DNA from: an uncultured Oscillospiraceae bacterium
GTDB lineage: Bacteria > Bacillota > Clostridia > Oscillospirales > Oscillospiraceae
NCBI GenBank assembly: GCA_900754965.1
Contig: CAAEEO010000004.1
Span: 9,912-73,911, forward strand
Length of the DNA: 64,000 nt
Direction of reading: 5' to 3'
Below the pieces are notes generated by a model. The model did not search any database. It was not told where the DNA came from and worked only from the letters and a program-made list of their open reading frames with translations. Of this stretch, positions 33,209-44,137 are shown piece by piece; within the stretch, counting starts at the first letter, position 1; the number at the start of each line of letters is the position of its first letter. Both the position numbers and the translations under genes were made by a program.

Positions 33209-34552
33209 ATGAATTTTAAAAATTTTGAGAAACAGACCGAAAAAAGCACCGTGACCTTTCAGGTAGAAGTGGATGGCGAAGCATTCGAGAAAGCCGTCGC
33301 CGCAGCCTATCAGAAAAACAAAAAAGATATCTTCATTCAGGGATTCAGAAAGGGTAAGGCTCCCCGTGCCATCGTGGAAGGCATGTACGGCAAGGACGTT
33401 TTCTATGAAGACGCTGTCAATGAGATTGCTTACGATGCATTTGAGTATGGTGTGAAAGAGAGCGGCGCCGAGACCATCGGTATCCCCACCATCACCGATT
33501 ACGATGTGGCAGACGATAAGACCTGCACTATTTCCTTTGTTGTGGATGTGTACCCCGAAGTCGCCCTGGGTGAGTACAAGGGCCTGAGCGCTCCCCACCA
33601 GTTCGTGGAGATCACCGACGAGGATGTGGAGAAGGAAATCAACAATGTCCGCGAGCGCAATGCCCGCATCAACACCGTTGAGCGCGAGGCACAGATGGGC
33701 GATACCGCTGTGATCGACTTTGAAGGCTTTGTCAATGGCGAGGCTTTTGAAGGCGGCTCCGGCAAGGAATACGGCCTGAAACTGGGCTCCGGCACTTTCA
33801 TCCCCGGCTTTGAAGAGCAGCTGGTGGGTCTGAAGGCTGGCGAGGATAAGGATGTTGTCGTGACCTTCCCCGAGGACTATGCAGAAGAGCTGGCTGGCAA
33901 AGAGGCCACTTTCCGCTGCCATGTCTGCGAAGTGAAAGAGACCGAGCTGCCTGCACTGGACGATGAGTTCGTGAAGGACGTTTCCGAGTTCGACACCGTG
34001 GAAGAGTACAAGAACGATATCCGCGAGAAGATGAAGAACAGCCGTCAGGCACAGGCTGACGACGAGTTCCACGGCCGTCTGCTGACCGCTGCTATCGACA
34101 ATATGCAGGTGGTGGTTCCCGAGGCACTGGTTCAGGAGAAACTGGACGAGATTGCCAATAACTACGCTCAGAACTTCGGCCTGGGCAACATCTCCAAGGC
34201 ACAGTTCGTGCAGATGATGGGCATGACCGAGGAGATGTTCGATCAGTTCACCCGTCCCAACGCTGAGCACAACGCAAAAGTTGACCTGCTGCTGCGCGCG
34301 GTGGCAGAGAAAGAGGCTCTGGAGGCTACCGACGAGGATCTGGACGAACTGTTCGGTGAGATCGCCGAGGCTTACCACATGGATGTGGAAGAAGTGAAGA
34401 AGAATGTGGACATGGACGCCGCAAAGAAAGACGTCAAGTTCCGCAAAGCTGCTGAGCTGATCTACGAGACTGGCACCGATCTGCCCTGGTCTGAGGACAA
34501 CGCAGTGGAAGAGATCGTCAAAGCTGCAGCAGCCGAGGCCGACGCAGAATAA
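33209..34552 (+). CDS. tig: Trigger factor
   Basis: FRKGKAPR ribosome-binding signature and an FKBP-like middle domain (IDFEGFVNGEAFEGG). ATG 33209 follows AGGAGGAG. Confidence 0.95.
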   Translation: MNFKNFEKQTEKSTVTFQVEVDGEAFEKAVAAAYQKNKKDIFIQGFRKGKAPRAIVEGMYGKDVFYEDAVNEIAYDAFEYGVKESGAETIGIPTITDYDVADDKTCTISFVVDVYPEVALGEYKGLSAPHQFVEITDEDVEKEINNVRERNARINTVEREAQMGDTAVIDFEGFVNGEAFEGGSGKEYGLKLGSGTFIPGFEEQLVGLKAGEDKDVVVTFPEDYAEELAGKEATFRCHVCEVKETELPALDDEFVKDVSEFDTVEEYKNDIREKMKNSRQAQADDEFHGRLLTAAIDNMQVVVPEALVQEKLDEIANNYAQNFGLGNISKAQFVQMMGMTEEMFDQFTRPNAEHNAKVDLLLRAVAEKEALEATDEDLDELFGEIAEAYHMDVEEVKKNVDMDAAKKDVKFRKAAELIYETGTDLPWSEDNAVEEIVKAAAAEADAE

Positions 34553-34612
34553 AAAACAGCGCACCCGGCTATGCTCTCTTGGATAAGTTAGTACGATAAA
34601 AGGAGAGTTATC

Positions 34613-35194
34613 ATGAGTTTAGTTCCTTATGTTGTTGAGCAGACCTCCCGCGGGGAGCGTTCTTACGACATTTTTTCCCGGCTGCTGAATGACCGGATCA
34701 TTTTCCTGGGGGAGGAAGTCAATGACACCACCGCAGGACTGATTGTGGCCCAGCTGCTGTACCTGGAGAGCCAGGACCCGGACAAAGACATTCAGTTTTA
34801 CATCAATTCCCCTGGCGGGAGCGTGACGGCTGGCATGGCGATTTATGACACCATGCAGTATGTCAAGTGTGATGTGTCCACCATCTGCGTGGGAATGGCT
34901 GCATCCATGGGCGCTTTCCTGCTGTCCAGCGGTGCAAAGGGAAAACGGATGGCACTGCCGAATTCCTGCATCATGATCCATCAGCCTTCCGGCGGATTCC
35001 AGGGGCAGGCAACGGATATCCAGATCCACACGGAGTATATCCTGAAGACTAAGCAGCGCCTGAATGAGATCATGGCTGCCAATACCGGCCGGACTCTTGA
35101 GGAAGTGCGGAACGCCACGGAGCGTGACAACTTCCTGACCTCGGAGGAGGCCCTTGCGTTTGGCCTGGTAGATAAGGTCATTACGAAACGATAA
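34613..35194 (+). CDS. clpP: ATP-dependent Clp protease proteolytic subunit
   Basis: [11 protein letters not shown], catalytic Ser in [14 protein letters not shown]. Confidence 0.97.
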   Translation: MSLVPYVVEQTSRGERSYDIFSRLLNDRIIFLGEEVNDTTAGLIVAQLLYLESQDPDKDIQFYINSPGGSVTAGMAIYDTMQYVKCDVSTICVGMAASMGAFLLSSGAKGKRMALPNSCIMIHQPSGGFQGQATDIQIHTEYILKTKQRLNEIMAANTGRTLEEVRNATERDNFLTSEEALAFGLVDKVITKR

Positions 35195-35200
35195 ACCAGT

Positions 35201-35242
35201 TTTCGGGGGATTGGGAATAATCCCCCGAAATTTGTATTTTTT
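35201..35242 (+). terminator. Terminator/attenuator between clpP and clpX
   Basis: TTTCGGGGGATT / AATCCCCCGAAA 12-bp stem, followed by TTTGTATTTTTT. Confidence 0.7.
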
Positions 35243-35297
35243 CAAATCCGCTCCCGTAAGACAGAGTTGTCTCGGGAAAGAATGGAGTGATTCCCAA

Positions 35298-36560
35298 ATG
35301 GCAAGTAGTGAAGATAAAACCATCAGATGTTCGTTTTGCGGAAAGCCCCAGGCGGTGGTGGACCGCTTGATCGCCGGCAACGGCGTGTATATCTGCAACG
35401 AGTGCGTGCATCTGTGCATGGAACTGATGCAGGAAGACCTGTATGAGGACGGCGAGCGGGAGCGTGGCAGCATCGATCTGGATGCAGAAAAACTGCCCAC
35501 GCCCATGGAAATGAAGGCCCGTATGGATGAGTATATCATCGGTCAGGATGAGGCAAAAGTCGCGCTGGCGGTGGCTGTGTATAACCATTATAAGCGGATC
35601 TTGTATGGAGAGAGCAGCGATGTGGAACTGCAGAAGAGCAATATTCTGCTCATCGGTCCCACCGGCTCCGGCAAGACTCTGTTTGCACAGACACTGGCGA
35701 AAATGCTGGATGTGCCCTTTGCCATTGCCGATGCCACCACTTTGACTGAGGCGGGCTATGTGGGCGAAGATGTGGAGAACATTCTCCTGAAACTGCTCCA
35801 GGCCGCGGATTTCGATGTAGACCGGGCAGAGCAGGGCATCATTTATATCGATGAGCTGGATAAAATTGCACGAAAGAGTGAAAATACTTCTATCACCCGG
35901 GATGTATCCGGTGAGGGCGTGCAGCAGGCATTGCTGAAACTGTTGGAGGGAACCGTGGCAAATGTGCCTCCCCAGGGCGGGAGAAAACACCCCCAGCAGG
36001 AATTTATCCAGGTGGATACTACCAATATCCTGTTCATCTGCGGCGGCGCATTCGATGGTTTGGAGAAGATCATCGAGCAGCGCATGGATCAGAAGACCAT
36101 GGGATTCGGCGCAGAGATCCGCAGTAAAAAAGAGCAGAACACGGGAGAGATTTTCCAGCATGTGCAGCAGCACGACCTGCTGAAGTTCGGCATCATTCCG
36201 GAGCTGATTGGTCGGATGCCGGTGCTTACCAGTCTGCGCAGCCTTTCCCGGGAGGATCTGATCCGGGTGCTGACGGAGCCCAAAAATGCGCTGACCAAAC
36301 AGTATCAGGCCATGCTCGGCTATGACGATGTGGAATTGGAGTTTGAGCGGGAGGCATTGGGTGCCATCGCGGATAAGGCCATTGCCATGAACATCGGCGC
36401 CAGAGGATTGCGCAGCGTGATGGAAAAGCTGATGATGCACATCATGTTCACTGTGCCCTCGGACAAAACGATCCGGAAAGTGATCGTGACCCGGGCCTGC
36501 GTGGAGGATGGAACGGAACCGACCATCCTGCGCAGAGAGCAGGGGGAAACAGAGGACTAA
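35298..36560 (+). CDS. clpX: ATP-dependent Clp protease ATP-binding subunit ClpX
   Basis: Zinc-binding CSFCGK...CNEC and Walker A GPTGSGKT. Start is MASSEDK at 35298. Confidence 0.97.
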   Translation: MASSEDKTIRCSFCGKPQAVVDRLIAGNGVYICNECVHLCMELMQEDLYEDGERERGSIDLDAEKLPTPMEMKARMDEYIIGQDEAKVALAVAVYNHYKRILYGESSDVELQKSNILLIGPTGSGKTLFAQTLAKMLDVPFAIADATTLTEAGYVGEDVENILLKLLQAADFDVDRAEQGIIYIDELDKIARKSENTSITRDVSGEGVQQALLKLLEGTVANVPPQGGRKHPQQEFIQVDTTNILFICGGAFDGLEKIIEQRMDQKTMGFGAEIRSKKEQNTGEIFQHVQQHDLLKFGIIPELIGRMPVLTSLRSLSREDLIRVLTEPKNALTKQYQAMLGYDDVELEFEREALGAIADKAIAMNIGARGLRSVMEKLMMHIMFTVPSDKTIRKVIVTRACVEDGTEPTILRREQGETED

Positions 36561-36592
36561 GAGCCAAAAGGCATAAGCCCTTGTAAAATGGG

Positions 36593-36625
36593 ATGGGACG
36601 GGGCACGGCTCCGTCCCATTTTTTC
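36593..36625 (+). terminator. clpX terminator
   Basis: ATGGGACGG / CCGTCCCAT stem, followed by TTTTTCAT. Confidence 0.6.
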
Positions 36626-36675
36626 ATAGCCTGCCGGAATGGCAGAGAAGAGATCGTCCCAAGGAGGGAAACAAA

Positions 36676-39083
36676 ATGGAAGAGATCCAGTTTACAGAAA
36701 CCAAACGGATGCCGCTGCTGCCAATCCGGGGCATTTCCGTATTTCCGGGCACCATGCTCACGTTTGATGTGGAGCGTCCGGCGTCCAAAGCGGCCCTGCA
36801 GGCGGCCATGGCGGGGGATCAGATCATTTTCCTCACAGCCCAGAAAGATGCCACGGTAGAGGAACCGGGAGAAGAAGATATTTACACCATCGGCACCATT
36901 TGCCGGGTCAAGCAGATTCTGCGTACCCCGGGGATCAAAACCGTGCGGGTGTTGGTAGACGGTTTGGCGCGGGGAAAAATGGAGGGTATGCTCCACAGCC
37001 TGGCCTGCAGCTATGCGGATGTAATCGGCCTGCCGGATGAAGGAGAAGAAGATCCCATTCTGGCAGAGGCGCTGCTGCGTCGATGCAGTGCGCAGTTTAC
37101 GGAATACGCAGAGGCTACCGGTACCATTGCCCAGGAGAGTTTCATGTTTGTGGTCACCTGCCAGGAACCTGCCCTGGTGGCGGATGTGATTGCCCAGAGC
37201 ATTTATCTCAAGCCGGAAGAAAAACAGGCGCTTTTGGAAGAAACGATGCCGTCCCGGCGTTTGGGACTGCTTTCGGACCTGTTGGAGCGGGAGATTCAGG
37301 TGGCCCGTATCGAGCAGACCATTGAAAGCGCCACCCAGGAACGGATGAGCCAGTCTCAGCGGGAATTTTATCTCCGGGAACAGATGCGGGCAATCCAGAG
37401 TGAACTGGGAGAGGGCGAGTTCGGAGATGACGAGGAGATCGCCGCCTACCGAAAAAAATCCTGGCGCTGCAGCTGAAACCGGAAATCGAGGAAAAGCTGC
37501 TCAAAGAAGTCACCCGCTTGTCCAAGCAGCCCATGGGGTCCTCGGAGGCATCTGTTCTGCGCAGCTATCTGGATGTTTGCCTGGAACTGCCCTGGAATCA
37601 GTATAGCGAGGAAGAATTGGACATTGAGAAGGCCAGAAAGATTCTGGATGAGGATCACTTTGGTCTGGACCAGGTGAAGGAGCGGGTCATTGAATTCTTG
37701 GCGGTGCGCCAGCTGGCACCGGAATTGAAAGGCAGCGTCCTGTGCCTGGTGGGGCCTCCGGGTACCGGCAAAACCAGCGTTGCGATGAGCATTGCCCGGG
37801 CGATGAACCGGAAATTGTGCCGGGTTTCTCTGGGTGGTGTGCATGACGAGGCAGAAATCCGCGGCCATCGGAAGACGTATATCGGCTCCATGCCCGGCCG
37901 CATCATTACCGGGATGCAGCAGGCCGGTACCATGAATCCGGTCATGGTTTTGGACGAGATCGACAAAATGGGTTCGGACTATAAGGGCGATCCCTCTTCG
38001 GCGATGTTGGAAGTGTTTGACTATGAGCAGAACGATCAGTTCCGGGATAATTTCCTGGAGATCCCCTTTGATTTGTCCTCTGTCATGTTCATTACCACGG
38101 CAAACTCCCTGGACAATGTTCCCCGGCCTTTGCTGGACCGGATGGAAGTCATCGAATTGAGCAGCTATACCGATGAGGAAAAGCTGCATATCGCAAAAGA
38201 GCATCTGCTTGCCAAGCAGCGGAAGAAACACGGCCTGAAGGCCTCTCAGCTGAAAATCAGCGATGATGCCATTCGGGAGATCATTGCCCTGTACACCCGG
38301 GAATCCGGTGTGCGTGTTTTGGAGCGGCAGATTGCTGCCATCTGTCGGAAAACGGCAGCAAAGATTGCATCAGGCGCATGCAAATCCGTTTCTGTCCGGG
38401 CCGGCGGCTTGGAAAAATTCCTGGGTGCGCCCAAATACAGCAAGGACCTGCTCTATCCCAGGGATGAGGTGGGCCTGGTGCGTGGTCTGGCCTGGACCAG
38501 TGTGGGCGGTGAAGTGCTGGATGTGGAAGTGAGTGTGGTGGACGGCACCGGAAAGTTGGAACTGACCGGCAATCTGGGCGATGTGATGAAAGAATCTGCC
38601 AAAGCCGCCCTGACTTATATCCGCAGCCGGGCAGAGCTTTTGGGATTGGAAAAGGATTTCTACCAGAAAAAAGATATCCATATCCACTTCCCGGAGGGCG
38701 CCGTGCCCAAGGATGGCCCTTCTGCGGGCATTACCATCTGCATCGGCCTCATTTCCGCACTGACAGGCATCCCTGTGCGCAGGGATGTGGCCATGACCGG
38801 AGAAATCACCCTGCGCGGGCGGATCTTGCCAATCGGCGGTCTGAAAGAAAAGACCATGGCGGCGCTCCGCTCCGGCGTGAGCACGGTGATTATCCCGGAG
38901 GAAAACCGGAAAGACCTGGAGGAAATCGACCAGGATGTGCGCCGGGCACTGAAATTTGTGACCACGGATCATGTGGATCACATTCTGGATGTGGCACTGA
39001 CGGCTATGCCTATGGCTGTTCCGGCCAAAAAGAGTGCCTCGGGCAGAAAACAGAAACAGAAACCCGTAGAAGTGCGTCAGTGA
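36676..39083 (+). pseudogene. lon: Lon protease (LonA) split into two frames at an A7 homopolymer (37452-37458)
   Basis: ORF1 36676-37476 is the Lon N-terminal domain. ORF2 (track 37518-39083, open upstream in that frame) holds AAA+ GPPGTGKTS and the protease motif DGPSAGIT. Reading YRKK then shifting -1 gives ILALQLKPEIEEKLLKEVTRLSKQPMGSSEA, a colinear Lon sequence. Confidence 0.85.
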
Positions 39084-39095
39084 GGGGAGAAAGAT

Positions 39096-39683
39096 ATGAC
39101 AGATGTAAACCTGCATAATGTTCAGTTTTTGAAAAGTGTGGTTTCGCCCCGGAATTTTCTGACGGATCGAGTGAGCATCGTCTTTGCCGGGAAATCCAAT
39201 GTGGGAAAATCTTCGGTGATCAATCGCCTGCTGAACCGGAAAAACTTTGCCCGGGTGGGGAATACCCCTGGTAAAACCGTGCATATCAACTATTTTGATA
39301 TTGACGGGAAACTCTACTTCGTGGACCTTCCGGGCTATGGATATGCCAATGTGGCCAAGTCCGAGCGGGATCGGTGGGGAAAACTGATGGAACAGTTTTT
39401 TGCGACGGAAGGGACTATCACACTGGGAATCCAGATCGTGGATTCCCGCCATGCGCCCACGGCGGACGATGTGACCATGGCCCGTTGGTTTATGGATGCA
39501 GGCTGTCCCATGATCGTGGTGGCCAACAAAAGTGATAAGCTGAAGAAAAGCGAATATGAACCCAATGTCCAGCGCATTCGGGAGAAACTGGAATTGCCGG
39601 AGGAAACACCGGTATTCCTGTTTTCCGCGGAGAAAGGCACCGGACGGGAGGAACTGCTGGAGTATATGTTCCGGCAGGTGTGA
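39096..39683 (+). CDS. engB: Ribosome biogenesis GTP-binding protein YihA/YsxC (EngB)
   Basis: G1 GKSNVGKSS, DLPGYGYA, NKSDK. Confidence 0.93.
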   Translation: MTDVNLHNVQFLKSVVSPRNFLTDRVSIVFAGKSNVGKSSVINRLLNRKNFARVGNTPGKTVHINYFDIDGKLYFVDLPGYGYANVAKSERDRWGKLMEQFFATEGTITLGIQIVDSRHAPTADDVTMARWFMDAGCPMIVVANKSDKLKKSEYEPNVQRIREKLELPEETPVFLFSAEKGTGREELLEYMFRQV

Positions 39684-39686
39684 ACA

Positions 39687-39730
39687 GCATCAGGAGGGAC
39701 CGCAGATTGCGGTTCCTCCTGATGCTTTTG
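39687..39730 (+). terminator. lon-engB operon terminator
   Basis: 17-bp stem GCATCAGGAGGGACCGC / GCGGTTCCTCCTGATGC (one G-U pair), followed by TTTTG. Confidence 0.65.
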
Positions 39731-39777
39731 GGGGATGGACAGGCAGGCGCGGGAGGATGTGAGGAAGAAAGGTGCGC

Positions 39778-39806
39778 TTGTAATTCCAGGGAAAAGTTGG
39801 TATAAT
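39778..39806 (+). promoter_or_regulatory. Promoter upstream of the M50 protease gene
   Basis: TTGTAA, 17 nt, TATAAT. Confidence 0.6.
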
Positions 39807-39880
39807 AAGACATTCATAAAATGACGAGGTGACACGATACGGGAACTTTTCATACCATCTGGCAGGGACTGGACTGGTCC

Positions 39881-40522
39881 GTGCTGACGGACTTGCTGAT
39901 TTATGCCATTCCGGCACTGATCTGCATCACCGTTCATGAAGTCAGCCACGGACTGACGGCGTATTATCTGGGCGATCCCACGGCGAAACGGGCCGGTCGC
40001 CTGAGCCTGAACCCCATCCGCCACATCGACTGGATCGGCCTGGCTATGTTGGTGGTGTTTCACTTTGGTTGGGCCAAACCGGTGCCGGTGGATATGCGGA
40101 ATTTCCGGCATCCGAAACGGGACATGGCCATCACAGCCCTGGCTGGGCCGGTCTCCAATTTTTTGCTGACGCTGGTATTTTTGATTTTGTATGGTGTGCT
40201 CTATGTGCCGCTGATGCGGTCGGGGAGCGCGGTGGGCTATTTCTTTTTGCGGATCTTGCTGACCACGGCGTTTTTGAGCACCTCTCTTGGGATTTTCAAT
40301 CTTCTGCCGGTCTCCCCTCTGGATGGCTCCAAGGTGCTGTTTGCCTTTTTGTCCGACCGGGGGTACTTCACGCTTATGCGCTATGAGCGGTTTGGGATGA
40401 TCCTCATGGTGGTTCTGGTGGCCACCGGCGTGTTGGGCGTACCCTTGTCCAGATTGACTTCCGCAGTGTTTGACGGAATGATGCATGTGGCGGTCTGGAT
40501 CAGCGGTCTGCTGTGGGGGTGA
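39881..40522 (+). CDS. Site-2 protease (M50) family membrane metalloprotease
   Basis: HEVSHGL (HExxH), NPIRHID, NLLPVSPLDGSK. The frame is open back to 39833, so the start is uncertain. Confidence 0.85.
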   Translation: MLTDLLIYAIPALICITVHEVSHGLTAYYLGDPTAKRAGRLSLNPIRHIDWIGLAMLVVFHFGWAKPVPVDMRNFRHPKRDMAITALAGPVSNFLLTLVFLILYGVLYVPLMRSGSAVGYFFLRILLTTAFLSTSLGIFNLLPVSPLDGSKVLFAFLSDRGYFTLMRYERFGMILMVVLVATGVLGVPLSRLTSAVFDGMMHVAVWISGLLWG

Positions 40523-40539
40523 GGGTTCTGGAAAATCCA

Positions 40540-41334
40540 ATGTACCATCTGCCGGGAGTGGTGAAAAGCTCGTCCGGGGAGACGGATTTTGACGGTCCGC
40601 TGAGTTTGATTTTAATGCTCCTGTCCAAAAATAAGATTGAGATTCGGGATATCAACATTTCCCAGATTCTGGAGCAGTATATGGCCTATCTGGAGCAGAT
40701 GCAGGCCATGGATCTGGAAGTGGCCAGTGAATTTATCCAAATGGCCTCCCATTTGTTGTATATCAAGACAAAAATGCTGCTGAATCTGGAGGACGAGGAA
40801 GTTTCCGAATTGGAGCAGCTGATCGCCTCTCTGGAACAGTTGCAGTGCAAGTCTGTTCTCAGCCAGATCCAGGCAGTGGTCCCGGCTATGGGGGCAATGG
40901 CAGAACGGGGCGGGAAATCCTTTGTTCGCTTTCCTGAACCGCTGCCGCAGCTGCCGAAACCGGTGTATGCCTACCACCACGATCCTGAGGAATTGACGGC
41001 AAGTCTGCTGCTGATGCTCACGCGGGAGCGGGATTCTGCACAGCCGGACATTCTGCGAACCATCGCACCCAAACGGATTATCCGCAGTGTCAAACAGAAA
41101 AGCCGTACAATCCTGGAATGGTTAAAGGAGCGGGGGGATACGGCGATGACAGAGATTTTTCGCCAGTGCGAAGATCGTTCGGATTTGATTACCGCATTTT
41201 TGTCGGTTTTGGAACTGTGCAGTTTGGGAAGTATCACAGTGAGCCGGGAGGCAGAGGATTATCGTCTGCGTTTTGTGGGCGGAGATCTGGAAGAGATCCT
41301 GGCATCTATCCCCGCTCAGGAGGACGGGGCGTGA
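40540..41334 (+). CDS. scpA: Segregation and condensation protein A
   Basis: FDGPLSLILMLLSKNKIEIRDINISQILEQYMAYL is a typical ScpA N-terminus. Confidence 0.9.
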   Translation: MYHLPGVVKSSSGETDFDGPLSLILMLLSKNKIEIRDINISQILEQYMAYLEQMQAMDLEVASEFIQMASHLLYIKTKMLLNLEDEEVSELEQLIASLEQLQCKSVLSQIQAVVPAMGAMAERGGKSFVRFPEPLPQLPKPVYAYHHDPEELTASLLLMLTRERDSAQPDILRTIAPKRIIRSVKQKSRTILEWLKERGDTAMTEIFRQCEDRSDLITAFLSVLELCSLGSITVSREAEDYRLRFVGGDLEEILASIPAQEDGA

Positions 41335-41358
41335 ACCGTGGGAAAGGAAGAAGAAAAA

Positions 41359-41964
41359 ATGGACGAAATACATGCCCTGGAGGCACTGCTGTTTGCCTCG
41401 GGTGACCCGGTTTCCACGGACCGCCTTGCTCAGGTGCTGGAAATTTCCCGGGAAAATGTGATTCGATGTGCTGATGCCCTGGAATCGGAATACGAGAAAC
41501 GGGGTGCTGGAATCCGGGTCATACGGTTGGAGGATGGCTATCAGCTGGCCTCCCGGCCGGAATATGCAGATACGGTGGTCAAGCTGATGCGCCATCGGAA
41601 ACCGCCGAAATTGAGTCAGGCGGCGTTGGAGGTACTGGCCATTGTGGCATATTTTCAGCCAGTGACCCGTGCCTATATTGAAGATGTTCGCGGCGTGGAC
41701 AGTTCCTACTCGGTGAGTATGCTGGCAGAGCGGGGACTGATTGAGGCCTGCGGCCGATTGGAAGTCCCGGGCCGTCCGGTCCTGTTCCGAACCACCGACA
41801 CTTTCCTGCGGGTCATGGACCTGGAGCGGTTGGAGGATCTTCCGCCGTTGCCGGAGATTGCACCGGAAGAGGGAACCCAGGTGCTGCAGGAGGCAATCGC
41901 CCGGAAACAGGGCGAAACGGATGGAGCTGACCCCGCAGAATCGGGGACAATGGTAGAGGAGTGA
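41359..41964 (+). CDS. scpB: Segregation and condensation protein B
   Basis: ALEALLFASGDPVS, SQAALEVLAIVAYFQPVTRAYIEDVRGV. Confidence 0.9.
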   Translation: MDEIHALEALLFASGDPVSTDRLAQVLEISRENVIRCADALESEYEKRGAGIRVIRLEDGYQLASRPEYADTVVKLMRHRKPPKLSQAALEVLAIVAYFQPVTRAYIEDVRGVDSSYSVSMLAERGLIEACGRLEVPGRPVLFRTTDTFLRVMDLERLEDLPPLPEIAPEEGTQVLQEAIARKQGETDGADPAESGTMVEE

Positions 41965-42587
41965 TGCCGTTGAAAGTTCTGGGCGTGATTGCAGTGGTGG
42001 TGATTCTGCTGCTGTGCCTGCCGGTAGGCGTGGATGCGGGATACTGTGATGGACAGCTGACCATTCGCCTGCGTTTGGGCGCTGTTACCATAGGGCTGTA
42101 TCCTGCAAAACCGAAAAAACGGCGACAGAAAAAACAGGAGCCGCAGCCGGAGGCAGTGTCCGGGGAGGAGCCGCCGGCAAAAAAAAGGACGATGCCGGAT
42201 GTGACCAAAGAAGAGATTCTCGCCGCAGGGCGGCTGCTGCTCCGGAGTATACAGAAACTGAAATTCCGGATACGGCGGCTGAAACTGCATTTTGTCTCCG
42301 CTTTTGAAGATCCCTATACCACGGCCATGGTCTACGGCTATGCCAATGCCGGGGTCAGTGCGCTGCAGCTGCAGCGGATCAAGGGGGCAGATATTCAGCT
42401 CGGGGTGGACTTCAGTGCCACACAATGCTGGGTAGACGGGGAAATTTCGGTTACGATACGGATTTGGTATTTGATGAAATTTGCGTTACTGCTGTTGGTG
42501 GGAGGCGGAAAACTCTTCCTGCAGCGGAAAAAACGCATAAAAGCAACGAATATGGGAAACGCGCAAGTCGCGGGAAAGGAAACATGA
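41964..42587 (+). CDS. DUF2953 (YtfI-like) membrane protein
   Basis: N-terminal TM helix, basic KKRRQKK linker, and a position directly upstream of ytfJ. Confidence 0.6.
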   Translation: MPLKVLGVIAVVVILLLCLPVGVDAGYCDGQLTIRLRLGAVTIGLYPAKPKKRRQKKQEPQPEAVSGEEPPAKKRTMPDVTKEEILAAGRLLLRSIQKLKFRIRRLKLHFVSAFEDPYTTAMVYGYANAGVSALQLQRIKGADIQLGVDFSATQCWVDGEISVTIRIWYLMKFALLLLVGGGKLFLQRKKRIKATNMGNAQVAGKET

Positions 42588-42590
42588 TCC

Positions 42591-42986
42591 ATGGAAAAAA
42601 GTAAATTGGGCGAAGTGATGGATATCTCCATGACGAAAATCAAAGAAATGGTGGATGTGAATACCGTGGTCGGCGATCCCATCTATACCCCCGACGGTAT
42701 CACGCTGATTCCGGTTTCTCAGGTCAGCCTGGGACTTGCTACCGGCGGAGCAGATGTGCCGTCCAAAAACAGCGGCACGGGCATGGGCGCAGCCACCGGA
42801 AGCGGTGTGCGGATGCAGCCCTTGGGATTTTTGATTATCAAAGACGGCATGATCCGCTTTGTGAGTACGAAAGCCCCGGGAGACAGCACCATGGATCGGC
42901 TGCTGGATATGATCCCGGATCTGTTTGACCGGGTGGAGCACATGATCCAGAATGTGAAAGAAAAACCGGCTGAGCCTGTGATTTGA
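42591..42986 (+). CDS. ytfJ: GerW/YtfJ-family sporulation protein
   Basis: VVGDPIYTPDGITLIPVSQVSLGLATGG....GSGVRMQPLGFLIIKDG is the characteristic YtfJ pattern. Confidence 0.85.
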   Translation: MEKSKLGEVMDISMTKIKEMVDVNTVVGDPIYTPDGITLIPVSQVSLGLATGGADVPSKNSGTGMGAATGSGVRMQPLGFLIIKDGMIRFVSTKAPGDSTMDRLLDMIPDLFDRVEHMIQNVKEKPAEPVI

Positions 42987-43048
42987 GCATAATTTGACGG
43001 GATACCGTCCATAATAAGCACTGCCTGATGAATAAAGGTGGTGCTTTT

Positions 43049-44116
43049 TTGAAGAAATTATGGATGATTTTAAGTTCTGCTGCGCTGTGCCTGGCGCTGA
43101 TACAGCCAGCCTTTGCAGCCGGGGCGCCCGAGACATCGACTCAGACGGGCATCCTTTTGCACGCAGATACCGGAGCGGTGTTGTGGGAAAAAGATGCGGA
43201 CAGAAAAATGGGAATTGCCTCCACGACAAAGATCATGACAGCTCTGGTGGCACTGGAAGAGGGGACGCTGACGGACACAGTGACCATTCGACCGGAATGG
43301 ACGGCAGTGGAAGGCTCTTCCATGTATCTGAAACCGGGGCAGACCTATACGCTGGAGGAATTACTCTACGGAATGATGCTCTCTTCCGGCAATGACGCCG
43401 CCACAGCGGTGGCGTGTCACATTGCCGGGGATGAGGCAGCGTTTGCCGGGAAAATGAATGAAAAGGCCAAAGCGTTGGGGCTGACCGGCACTTCTTTTGA
43501 AAATCCCCACGGACTGGACGGAGAGGCGCAATATTCTACGGCCCGGGATCTGGCTGCGCTGACGGTATGCGCCATGGAAAATCCGGACTTTGCCCGAATC
43601 GTAGGCACCCGTTCCACTCAGATTCGGAATGAGACATTTGTCAATCATAATAAGCTCCTTTGGAGATGCGAAGGGGTGTTGGGGGTAAAAACCGGTTATA
43701 CAAAGGCCTCCGGACGAACTCTGGTGTCCTGCTGTGAGCGAGGGGGAACCCGGTACGTGTGCGTCACGCTCAATGACCCGGAGGATTGGAAAGATCACCA
43801 GGCGCTGTATGATTGGGCATACGATGCGTGCAGCTATCGTGTTGTCATGGCGAAAGCGGAGTCTGTCTGTCTGCCGGTGGTGTCTGCATCGGGGGAAAAG
43901 ACGCAGGTCTACCCGGTGCAGGATGTGCAGGTGCTGACCATGCCGGGGGACAATATCGAACGGGAATATTATCTGCCCCGTTTCGTTTTCCCGGGGATCA
44001 AGGCGGGAGAAAAGGCCGGTTATCTGATTGTCCGGGTGAACGGAGAAGAGCGGGCAAGGGTGGACATGGTCTATGGACAGGATCTGCCGCTGCCCGGCAA
44101 GATGAAATCGAGATGA
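43049..44116 (+). CDS. D-alanyl-D-alanine carboxypeptidase (S11, DacB/DacF-like)
   Basis: SxxK ASTTKIM, SGN (LSSGND), KTGYT. Signal peptide (M)KKLWMILSSAALCLALIQPAFA from TTG 43049, 7 nt after AAAGGTGG. The track ATG is at 43028. Confidence 0.88.
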   Translation: MKKLWMILSSAALCLALIQPAFAAGAPETSTQTGILLHADTGAVLWEKDADRKMGIASTTKIMTALVALEEGTLTDTVTIRPEWTAVEGSSMYLKPGQTYTLEELLYGMMLSSGNDAATAVACHIAGDEAAFAGKMNEKAKALGLTGTSFENPHGLDGEAQYSTARDLAALTVCAMENPDFARIVGTRSTQIRNETFVNHNKLLWRCEGVLGVKTGYTKASGRTLVSCCERGGTRYVCVTLNDPEDWKDHQALYDWAYDACSYRVVMAKAESVCLPVVSASGEKTQVYPVQDVQVLTMPGDNIEREYYLPRFVFPGIKAGEKAGYLIVRVNGEERARVDMVYGQDLPLPGKMKSR

Positions 44117-44137
44117 AAGAATATCAGGGAGGATCTT

